NCBI GenBank assembly: GCA_030167865.1
Contig: JALAGF010001916.1
Coordinates: 1-64,000 of the forward strand
Source: Craspedostauros australis
Taxonomy: Eukaryota
Length of the DNA: 64,000 nucleotides
Direction: 5' to 3'
Shown: positions 54,789 to 64,000 of the stretch, one piece after another
How positions within the stretch are numbered: the first letter of the stretch is position 1
How the letters are laid out: each line of letters begins with the position of its first letter
Made by a program: the position numbers and the translations under genes
Notes under the pieces: generated by a model
Told to the model about the DNA's origin: nothing
Database searches by the model: none
Seen by the model: the letters and a program-made list of their open reading frames with translations, nothing else

Positions 54789-55571
54789 TCATTGCTCACG
54801 AGCCGCGACTACGGCTGCCGCCTGTCGCAATCGATGCATGACTTGTGCGCTGGTGGAGTGCGGCTGATTTGGAAAGCCTTGCTGTGCACCGCCAGTTTGT
54901 GGATTGTTGGAACCCGATGATGGCACTGGCGATCGATTGGATCGGATATCTTGCGCCCATGTTTCCAACAGCTTCATATCGTCGTCGTCATCATCATCGT
55001 CGTCAATGGAGAATGCGCTGTCATCGTCATCATCATGGTCAATGGCGTCGTCGTCGTATTCCTCATCATTCTCATCATGGCGACTGCTGTCCGTACTCTG
55101 AGATTCGACGATATCTCGAGCTGTGCTTCCAGAATACTTGTTCACACCTTGCCGAAGAACGTCGCCTTCTGCTCCGCGATCATCATCATTCACGTCAACG
55201 TTGGCGCTTGTGGCGATCTGATCCTTCGCTCCGAAGTAGCGGAGCCTGGCATCGATGCATTGCTGCCGTTTGGATGCCCCGGAAGGCTCCGCATTGCCCG
55301 CCAACGCCAACGACCCCGACTCGGTCTTGGAAGAAGCAGACGAGGAGGACGAGGCAGACGAGATGGACCCGTCGTCGCCAGTGTCGCATTGGGCGTTTAC
55401 GACATCCTTGGCGGCAGCATTGGCGATGTTGTTGCCATCGCCTTCATCTTCGGCCTCAATGTTCGCAACCTGCTGTGTGGTCACGTCAACGTGCGAATCA
55501 GCATTCTCCAGTCGATCGACCAGGAAGATCTGCTGGTCGCTCGTGAGCAATGCCGATGGTAAGAATCTCAT
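54789..55571 (-). CDS. Acidic low-complexity hypothetical protein; 5' end uncertain
   Basis: 260-aa ORF with poly-Asp and poly-Ser tracts; may extend upstream through a frameshift (see findings). Confidence 0.5.
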   Translation of the reverse strand: MRFLPSALLTSDQQIFLVDRLENADSHVDVTTQQVANIEAEDEGDGNNIANAAAKDVVNAQCDTGDDGSISSASSSSSASSKTESGSLALAGNAEPSGASKRQQCIDARLRYFGAKDQIATSANVDVNDDDRGAEGDVLRQGVNKYSGSTARDIVESQSTDSSRHDENDEEYDDDAIDHDDDDDSAFSIDDDDDDDDDMKLLETWAQDIRSNRSPVPSSGSNNPQTGGAQQGFPNQPHSTSAQVMHRLRQAAAVVAAREQ

Positions 55572-55609
55572 GATGCAGCGCTGTGTTGAATGCTCTTGTT
55601 GTTCTGATT

Positions 55610-55666
55610 GATGTTGGTGCTGATGATGCTGATGTTGGTGCTGATGATGTTGGTGCTGATGATGTT
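55610..55666. repeat. 15-mer imperfect repeat (GATGTTGGTGCTGAT)x3
   Basis: Directly visible. Confidence 0.85.
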
Positions 55667-56576
55667 ATCCTTTCGTTTGGAGAGCACGCTTCAATCACTC
55701 CCATGTTCAAATCGGTGCAGACACCAACAACCTTCCATGGAAGTTGGCAGAGAGGACATCCGTGCCAATCGGTGGATGCCCCATCGTTTTGATGTCGCAT
55801 CATGTTCTTCCTCACGTTCCGAATGTGGACAAGGAACAAAAAGTCGGCAGAAGATGAAATTTCGCGAATTCGAAGTGATGTGACGGGATGTGAGGCGTCG
55901 TGATGTGTGGTTGAAGTGTGCGCTGGTTGTGATGGGAGGTTGCAGATGACGTCATGTCGAATATGACACATGAAGGACATTGTGAAGACATTTAGAAGAC
56001 ACGTTGAAGACACATCAATTCAATGACGAGGTGGCCATCAACAACAAGCATCACCAACTCCCTTGTTACGTTGGAAGTGAAGGATCGCTGCGCGTCACAG
56101 TCCCACAGATCGTCCTTGACAACAACGTCACACCAAAACAGGTTCCCAAACATGCATCTGTGCCCGCATTGGTGGGACGTGGACCGCATCTGCGTTGCTC
56201 TCCATCCAATCATCATCCACCGTGACGCAAGAGGAAGAGATGAAGAGATGAAGCAAGAACGAGAAACACGCAGCATCACCAACCAAAAGTCGCGTTCGAA
56301 CCAGCCAAAGCTGCGCATTGACAAGAGGCGAGAACATTTGCGATCCAGAACAATTGTACACTCTCTCTGGTGGGACAAAGGCCGCAGCGAAAGACAACGG
56401 GAAGACAAGATCGAATCATCACACAACTCTCACCCACCTCCCTGGATTGACACAAACACAAACACAAACATCGACGAAGCGACGACAGAAAATCAGCGAC
56501 GTTTCCGAGCTGAATCATATTCCCACAGCACTCCACTCGACCTCTGTACCCCTACATTGCACAAATAGCAACGACC

Positions 56577-57437
56577 ATGCTGGATCTTTCATTCCTCACG
56601 GAAGGCGCCAACAAGGAGTATGTTGAGCTCATCGCAAAGTACTACCTGCTTTGCGGCGTGTTCCACATCTTCTCCAGCGTCGTCTCGGCAGCCTGCTTCC
56701 CTGCCTACAAGGAGAAGGACAACAAGGACAAGACCGCCAAGGTCCCAACCACTTTGGCCGACAAGATCAACTGGGACTACACCAATGCCTCCATCCTTTA
56801 CTGCGTCATGATCTTCTACTATTACACCGCCGCCGTCCTCGAGATCGCCCCGTTGGGTCTCGAGGGCCGATGGACGGCCAACACATTCAACACCACGCAC
56901 GGCATCACACTGCATATAGCCTCATCTTTGTACGAGACCACGTGCTATCTCTTCGCCAACAAGGGACTGGTCTTCTACCTCCACCACATCGTCACCGTGG
57001 GCGGATGCGGCAGCATGCTCTTCTTCGGACGCGCCTCGTACTGGTGCTGCCTGCTGGGTCTCGTCGAGGGCACCAACATTCCGCTGGGCTTCGTGCTGGG
57101 CGGACCCTTCCGTACCACGCCGGCCATCAAGAACTCTCTGGCTTACAAGGTCAACGGCATCCTCCTTTGGGTCATGTACCTCGTCATCCGCATCCCAATT
57201 CCGTACTCCATGTACCTCCTGCACAAGGACGTCAATGAGCATGGACTTGGCAAGGGCGACAACATCGCGTGGGTCTTTGACGATGCCACCCAGAACACCA
57301 TGTGGGTTGCCTACATGGATGTCGTCGGTCTCTTCCTGTGGGGACTCTCCCTCATGTGGTTCAGCCAGATCACCAGCGGCATGCTCAAGGCCCTGGGTGT
57401 CGGTGCCAAGGCCAAGGTTGCCAAGAAGGCTGCCTAA
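56577..57437 (+). CDS. TLC-domain (TRAM/LAG1/CLN8) membrane protein
   Basis: Multiple TM segments; FYLHHIV, LVEGTNIPL, RIP and LSLMWFSQI motifs; C-terminal KKAA dilysine ER-retrieval signal; strong C-ending codon bias. Confidence 0.9.
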   Translation: MLDLSFLTEGANKEYVELIAKYYLLCGVFHIFSSVVSAACFPAYKEKDNKDKTAKVPTTLADKINWDYTNASILYCVMIFYYYTAAVLEIAPLGLEGRWTANTFNTTHGITLHIASSLYETTCYLFANKGLVFYLHHIVTVGGCGSMLFFGRASYWCCLLGLVEGTNIPLGFVLGGPFRTTPAIKNSLAYKVNGILLWVMYLVIRIPIPYSMYLLHKDVNEHGLGKGDNIAWVFDDATQNTMWVAYMDVVGLFLWGLSLMWFSQITSGMLKALGVGAKAKVAKKAA

Positions 57438-59089
57438 TCATAGGTATCATAGAGTATGGTAAGGTGCGATACCATAAAGTATCACTAGAGAGAGAGAGAG
57501 CTTCATTTCATCACGACGAAGGGTCCTCGTATGGTAGAATAGTACCATAGCAGTCGCATGGTAGGGCATGGTCTGAGAAAGGTTGCGTCGCAGGTTGTGC
57601 GGATTTGCGCTGAGACATCCGCACTCGGGTTGTGTATCTTGTGTGATGACATGGTTTGGTACAGATTCGAGTCCATGTAATCAAGCAATTCGCGGGTTGA
57701 TGTTGTGGTCGGTCATGTGTCGTGACATTCGAAGTAGCCGTTCAAGCAGAGACCATGGATGGCGCCATAGTACGCCACTCTCTCCACAGAGTCCTCGTAC
57801 TGTCAGTACATACAACAGGAGCCGGGCGAGGTTGCGGGTGTTGGCGCCAAGGCACCGTCTCTCCCTGACGAAATCAAACGGCATCTGTCAGGGATGCGAA
57901 GGCAATCAAACGCATCGACGACTGTGCATGGCAGAAGTCAAACAGAAGAGAGAGATGAAGAGTCAACGGAGCATTCTCCTCTGTCTTTATCTCGTTTGGT
58001 ACAGTTACAATATGATACGATGTGGTACCATAGCATCAAGACATCAACATGGATGCAGGGGTGCGATTCGATGCTGTGCAATGCAATGCTCCAGCATCAC
58101 TGGCAACATCGGCTCGCGCTGCCATAACAACACCAACAGCAACAATGACCCCGTTGACTATTGCTATCATTCCCGTCACCCTCTGGAGACATGGCATCTC
58201 CCCATGCTATTAGCAGAGTGGTCCTGAAAGCATGCCTAGGAATATGATATTATAATACGATCTATTGTTACTCTTCCATCCAGTTCACTATGGTTCATCA
58301 TCAGTCACGAAGCGCCATCATGCGTGCATGTTTTCGTCGACACCTTCTGTCTTGTGGATTCTCACGCTTCGGCGACGGATGATTCTCATTCTTGTTTCGG
58401 AGTGGCGGGAGCGAAAAATTGTCCACAATGAAGAATGACTCAAGGCGAGGGTCGACCGGCGACCATGTGGATTGACTCGTGTGTGTACCAGACGTCGCCG
58501 GTGTGGATAGTCTTGTAGGGTTCGAAAATTTGGCCATACAGAATGGGCATTTGTTGTGGATGAACCGCCGCGCACGGCTTCTAAGTGGGACTTTCCCAAC
58601 GGCGTCGCGACACCGAGCACCTCGCACCAGGCTGACCAGATGCGCAAGTGAAAATGTGAGGCCGGTCTTTGTGGTCGCTTCTCTCTTCTGACCTTCGGAG
58701 GGAGAAGCTGTGTGAGAGGGTTATACACAAGACAGCATCAACAAATTGTATGATTTGCCGCTCATTGCGTCTCTTTGTCTCTCATTGCTTCGACTACTCT
58801 GTTGCCTTGACAGAGGATCGGAGGTACTCCCTCTATCATAGTAGTACTCGGATCATCCACAAACGATCGAAGCCGAGCAAAGTGAAGCGCAGAACTCGCA
58901 CAATCAACAATCAGCAACCAACACAAGTATATCGTAATACTCTGCGCGTCACAACTGAAGACAACAATCAAGAAGGTGCTCACATTCTGCCAGCATTCCG
59001 CAAGCATTCTTTCGGCATAAGTTCAATAAGTTCATTGGAGCCATCAATCGGACATCACAAACCAACTTCATCACAACAGAGCGTTGACG

Positions 59090-62000
59090 ATGAACGCAAC
59101 CACCATCGCCCCCAGCTCGAATGGGAGGATGACGCCCACGAAGCAACTCGCGAAGGCCGCAAGCAGCAGATCTCGGTCGAAGACTGCCGCTGAGCAGAAG
59201 CCGAAGGCGACCCATTTGGTGCGCATCAACGTCCTGGGACTTGCCGGCATCACGGTCAATCGCAAGAACTGCAACGATTTCAATGCGAAGCATGGACCAG
59301 CTCCGCCGTCGCAGATGAAGGCGGTCGTGGCCTTCTCCAGGGATGAGGAGATCCGCGCCACGACGATCCTCTCCAGGACGCTGGCCCGGTCTCCCAACGA
59401 CGACGAGGTCATCTCCAAGGGCGCAGCGGAGGGAGAGGGTGTCTCCGTGCGTCATCCCTCCAGCAATGCCAACGACAACAGCAACACGCAGCGCCATGTT
59501 GCTGTTTGGGCATCGGAGGATGGAAGAAGTCTAGGCTCTCTCGTCTCATTCGAAGTCGCTCTCTCCAAGCTCGACAAGAAGAAGCAACAGAACAATAGCA
59601 GAAAGGCGGGAACTGCAACATCCACAACATACGCACCACAGACCATCGACATGACGTTGGCATTGGCCGTGGACAGCGACAATGACAACAAGGTCGCCAT
59701 ACCCTTCGGTGTTGGCGGCTTGAAAATTTTCGATGATGGAAGCGTGAGCAAAACCTCACACATCGTCGATTTGCCGGTCCATAGCTTGAAGGAAGCAAAC
59801 GCGCGGTCCGCAAAGAACAGCGCCATCAACCGCAACATGATCTTCATCCGTCCTAAAACTGCAGCGTCGCAACCGGCCGCCAAGAAGAAAGGGCTGAAGC
59901 GACTGTTCCGCAAGTCGGAGGCCGTGAATCTCAAGATCCCCACAAGCGCACAGCAGACGGCATTCGCCAACACCTACTCCACCGATGCCACGGGCGATGC
60001 CATCCTGCGCTTGCAGATTCAGATCATCGCTAAGAATGCGCCGCCGCGCAATGATCGGTCGGCGGCACAAGTTTCGGCGCGGTCTGAGACGATGGCTACT
60101 GCAAAGAAGCCGCTTGCGACGTCCAAGACATCGTCGGTGTCGCCATTGAGTGTGCATGGGGTAGACGGTGCCGCATCGAGAAACAAGGACAAGCCAGTGA
60201 CGGCATCCAGCAGCCAGCATGGCAATATCGCCACAACCAACACCAACACAACTAAAGTTGCCAACACCACCGCTACTAACAGCAACACAACCAACATTGC
60301 CAACGCCAAAGCCAGGGCCAACGCTAACATCACCACCATCACCAACAACAACACAACCAACATTGCCAACGCCAAGGCCACCACCACCACCACCACCACC
60401 ACGAACAACAACAACAACACTGCCGCTCCCACAACCAAGGCCAGCAACAAGACTATCACAACTGCAACCAACAGCAGAACGACTAACGGTAATGACAACA
60501 CACAGGAAAGTCACAGAGGTGCAGCGAATATCAGCGCTAGCGCCAAAGCAAGTGTCAAAGCAACTGCCAACACCCTTGCTGTCGAGCCGTCATTCGTTTT
60601 GAAAGACACCAATGACGACGATGAAGGGACCTTCGATGGGACCTTCGATGGTACGTTCCACACCAACGACACGGAGACTGCCGACGGCACATTCATCACG
60701 AACGATGATGGCGACGACGACGATGGTTCGCGAACGATGCACACCAACGACACCGGAACAATCTCCAGAGACGTCGCCTCGTCTGTGTATGGCTACGATG
60801 GATACACCCTCGGTCGGGACAGCATCGCCGACACGCTCGATCAGAAAAACGACCCGGAAGACCTCGACACTGCCGTCATCAAGATGTTTGGCAAGGAGCT
60901 GCGGCTTCCCACATGCGGGCCGTTGCAGGTACGGCAGACACCGCGTGGCGACGTCAAGCCGACATTATTCGACGATGATCTGACAGAGGTCACCGCGGAC
61001 TTCTTCGGCAAGGACGTGCGCATCCCCATTTGTGCGGGGCTCAAGCCGGTTGACGAGGATGACGGCACCTTCCTGGATCAACACGCTTCCCTCCTATCCA
61101 TCCAAGCCAAGAAGGATCCCAACCATAGTATCAACTCCATGATCCGCAGGGCCACGGATATGGCACAAGGGCTCAGCTTTACAAAGTCGACGGAGGGCAA
61201 CTCGCAAGCCTCCCCCAAGGTCACTGGTTCATTCGGTGAATCGACCCACGACCTCCGCTTCGAGGAGGGCACGCTCGGAGAGCAATCCCATCCTACCTTC
61301 GCACAAACTGAATGCAGCGACGAAACTAATGATGATGACACCAACACACGTGGTGGCAGCCGCGGTTCGCGTTCCAGTATGACCGGCAGCGTGTCAACAC
61401 GGTTGCCGAAGATCCAGGCCAAGATGTGGGGCTCGCCGAAGGGCGTTGCCGACTTCCAGTCTATCCGATCGGGAACACGATCTTCCACCGACAAGAAGGC
61501 CAACTCCGCGAACTCCTCCATCTCGGAGCGCATCGCGCAGATGTTCAGCTGCGGGCCGTCGGAATTCGGGGACGACATGTCGCTGCACTCGGAGGAAGGC
61601 ATTCCCCATCTCGTCATCCCGGACGATGATGAGGTCAACAGCGTCGGGGAGCTGACCGCCACCACGTACGAACGACGCGTGACATACGAGAAACGACGCA
61701 TGCTGGCCGCGGCCAACGCTTCCAGAAGGAATGCCGGCGCGTTCCCGCTCCCTGTCGCCTTTGGCGGGTCCGGCATGTGCGGCACAAGCCCGATGCTCAG
61801 GGAGCAGTCCACTATGCAAGCATCCGTCGCAGTGGACAGCCGCGTTCCCTCGTTGGAACGAAATTACTTTGCGGATTATGAGGCCGTCGACGTCTTTGCA
61901 GCGCGATCATCCTCGCAACGAGCCGTAATGCGACCACCGCCGCCTGCTGTGCCAGCGTCCGGGATGGCTTCCTTGAAGTTCGCGGAGAAGAAGACCGACG

Positions 62001-62254
62001 ATGCTGCGGACGTTCAGGTCTGTATGAATGCGGCAAGCGACAACATCAAGATCAGCAACAGGAGCAGGAACAGAAACAGCGAAAGCAGTGAAGGCGCTGG
62101 CAAGGAATCATCCCAAGCGTCTCTGTTCGATGGCATTGACGACATGGACCAACTGATTATGGAGCGCAGCGGCAAAGGCAACTTCAGAGCTGAGAAGCCA
62201 TCCATGGGCAGCAAAACTACAAATCCGATCAGCCCGTCCTCTTTGAGGATGTAA
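59090..62254 (+). CDS. Large protein with N-terminal C2-like beta-sandwich and Thr/Asn/Asp-rich disordered remainder
   Basis: 3.1-kb ORF with strand-like segments LVRINVLGLAGI, AVW…VSF, IDMTLAL, IPFGVGGLKI, VDLPV and AILRLQIQII. The C2 assignment is inference. Confidence 0.75.
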   Translation: MNATTIAPSSNGRMTPTKQLAKAASSRSRSKTAAEQKPKATHLVRINVLGLAGITVNRKNCNDFNAKHGPAPPSQMKAVVAFSRDEEIRATTILSRTLARSPNDDEVISKGAAEGEGVSVRHPSSNANDNSNTQRHVAVWASEDGRSLGSLVSFEVALSKLDKKKQQNNSRKAGTATSTTYAPQTIDMTLALAVDSDNDNKVAIPFGVGGLKIFDDGSVSKTSHIVDLPVHSLKEANARSAKNSAINRNMIFIRPKTAASQPAAKKKGLKRLFRKSEAVNLKIPTSAQQTAFANTYSTDATGDAILRLQIQIIAKNAPPRNDRSAAQVSARSETMATAKKPLATSKTSSVSPLSVHGVDGAASRNKDKPVTASSSQHGNIATTNTNTTKVANTTATNSNTTNIANAKARANANITTITNNNTTNIANAKATTTTTTTTNNNNNTAAPTTKASNKTITTATNSRTTNGNDNTQESHRGAANISASAKASVKATANTLAVEPSFVLKDTNDDDEGTFDGTFDGTFHTNDTETADGTFITNDDGDDDDGSRTMHTNDTGTISRDVASSVYGYDGYTLGRDSIADTLDQKNDPEDLDTAVIKMFGKELRLPTCGPLQVRQTPRGDVKPTLFDDDLTEVTADFFGKDVRIPICAGLKPVDEDDGTFLDQHASLLSIQAKKDPNHSINSMIRRATDMAQGLSFTKSTEGNSQASPKVTGSFGESTHDLRFEEGTLGEQSHPTFAQTECSDETNDDDTNTRGGSRGSRSSMTGSVSTRLPKIQAKMWGSPKGVADFQSIRSGTRSSTDKKANSANSSISERIAQMFSCGPSEFGDDMSLHSEEGIPHLVIPDDDEVNSVGELTATTYERRVTYEKRRMLAAANASRRNAGAFPLPVAFGGSGMCGTSPMLREQSTMQASVAVDSRVPSLERNYFADYEAVDVFAARSSSQRAVMRPPPPAVPASGMASLKFAEKKTDDAADVQVCMNAASDNIKISNRSRNRNSESSEGAGKESSQASLFDGIDDMDQLIMERSGKGNFRAEKPSMGSKTTNPISPSSLRM

Positions 62255-62599
62255 TGAGCAAGATCCCACCACAGCACTGCAACGACGCCGTCGCAAATGG
62301 AACGAGCGTAATGCACCGTGCTCTCGTGTTGCAGTTGCGACGTATTGCAACAGCATCATCATGAACGAGCTGTCCACTCCCCATGCACGCATCCTGCAAA
62401 CACCCACACCAATTGTACCAAATACAAGTATCATCTTCATTGTCCTCGTTTATTATCACCGTCCATCCAACGCATCCGTTTTAACTGCATCGCATCCAAC
62501 AAGTAAACGCTATACACCCATTGATATCCTCTCTCTGGAGAAACGATCTCGCCTTCTTTGGAGTATGGTGTGCGTGTGTAGGAATGTCGATTCTTCATG

Positions 62600-63727
62600 T
62601 GGATGAAGTACGAGCACGAGGCATGGTGCCATACCATTCTTTTTCTCGGAAGAAACGTAGTGGAAGGTTTGTTTTATGATGTTAACGAGTTTGTTTCCTT
62701 CGCGGCTGCCTTCTGAGGCCGCCTGTGCGGCCAGTGAAGTTGGGCGACTGCCGAGCGTGTTGGTTGTTGGCGTGTGCAATGGTTTGGCACAGAAGATAGT
62801 ACGCCACCGGTCCAGTTCGGCCGTCCTTGCCAAGCCCTTCCATTCGATTTGTGATGGATTCGGCAAGCCCAACATCGCAGGAGTTCATGATGAGGTCGTA
62901 GGACCAGTACAAGTTCTGGCGAGTCACTTCGGATGAGCAGTAGTTGGCATAGACATGGGATGAGCCGAGGACGGCTTCGAGAGTGACGAATGGGCCTTGC
63001 TCCAGAAGATCGGAAAACACAGGATCACTGGCATTGAATTTGTAGACTCCCTTGCTCACCACCGTTGTATCGACCATCTCAAAGACATCATCCATGGAGT
63101 ACGCCTTGAGGCGCCGTCGGAGACGCGTCGCCAGGTTGCGGAAGGCATAGTTTTTGTCATGGAAGGTCTGGCCTTGAATGTTGGTGGACATGTTGGTGGC
63201 CTTGAACTTGGGCTTCAGGGCTTCCACAGCCATGGCCCGAAAGAATAGTTTGTCCCCTATGGGGAGCTTTGCTCGCTCATCTGCGGTGATAATGATCTGT
63301 GCTCTTTGTAGGTCGGCGTCAGAGATCGGTGTGGCTTGGAAACGCGGCACTGGCTTGGCCGTCATTTTGACGTCGCCTCCGGAGGATGCTGGGTCTGCGA
63401 CGATGCCAGTTTTGGTGTTGCCGTTGTTGGCTGGGCTGCTGAGGCCGGCTGTGTGGTCGGCGAAGTTGCCTGACTGCCGAGTATGTTGGTTGGTCACCAT
63501 TGCAGCAGTGAAGGCTGGGACAAGGGTGTTGTGAGGGATGGTGTGAGCGGAACGAAGAAACCAAATAACTGTTGGAGCTGGTGTATGGCTGCAGAGTTGT
63601 TGGTGGACAGTGTCTGGTTCAAGCTGTTGTCAAGGGATGAGTCAGGCGAGGGCAGGATCTGTGCACCAGAAAATACCGATCTGGAAGCTGTGTCAATGAG
63701 GGGTTCGAGTGGGAGATCTTCGTCCAT
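62600..63727 (-). mobile_element. Decayed diatom Ty1/copia (CoDi-like) gag fragment
   Basis: RRLKAYSMDDVF…DLLEQGPFVTLEAV…QNLYWSYDLIMNSCD…GPVAYYLL resembles diatom copia gag as I recall it. The reading frame is broken near 63500 and 62740, and no pol follows. Confidence 0.65.
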
Positions 63728-64000
63728 GGAGGGTCACTCAGGGAGGACCTTGCGGCTCATGGGAAGTGTGTGATGGCTGTGGCTGCAGGCTACACGGGCA
63801 GAAGAAAGTCGCAAGGTGTTATGATGCGGCTTGTGTGGTTTCCAGGCTCCTTACCAAGAAAAGTAGTGGAAGCAACGTTTCATTATGTTCACGAGTTCGT
63901 TTCCATTGCGGCTGCTTTCTGTCCACGGCTTTCTGCGATGTCGTCGTGGTGATAGCAGGCATGGACGTGGGTTGGATGCAGGCATCACCATGAGTTGAAT

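Noticed and set aside
63941-63960. Possible primer-binding site (TGCTATCA on the minus strand) upstream of gag
   Set aside because: Mismatches TGGTATCA, has no further tRNA complementarity, and no LTR boundary is recognisable.

Overview
Eukaryotic nuclear DNA, very probably a diatom. Evidence: signal peptide + ASAFAP-type bipartite plastid presequences, GT-AG introns of about 130-440 bp, long Ser/Asn/Gln/Thr-rich low-complexity ORFs and a decayed diatom copia-type gag. About 20 genes are supported: a class-I methyltransferase, a phosphagen kinase with an altered active site, a PH-like protein, an AIF-like flavoprotein, a 3-exon L-lactate dehydrogenase with a long presequence, a tRNA-splicing endonuclease subunit, an ankyrin protein, two paralogous MATE transporters, MsrA with signal peptide, a PDZ protein, two NECAP paralogs, a TLC protein and several low-complexity proteins. 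The most unusual locus lies between the two MATEs. It is a 7-exon gene for a ~1556-aa secreted protein: beta-helix-like rungs encoded by phase-0 exons, a Pro/Thr/Ser stalk, six Cys-rich ~125-aa repeats and a silaffin-like KxxK tail. I saw no rRNA, tRNA or CRISPR array. All calls rest on motif recognition by eye; no searches were run.
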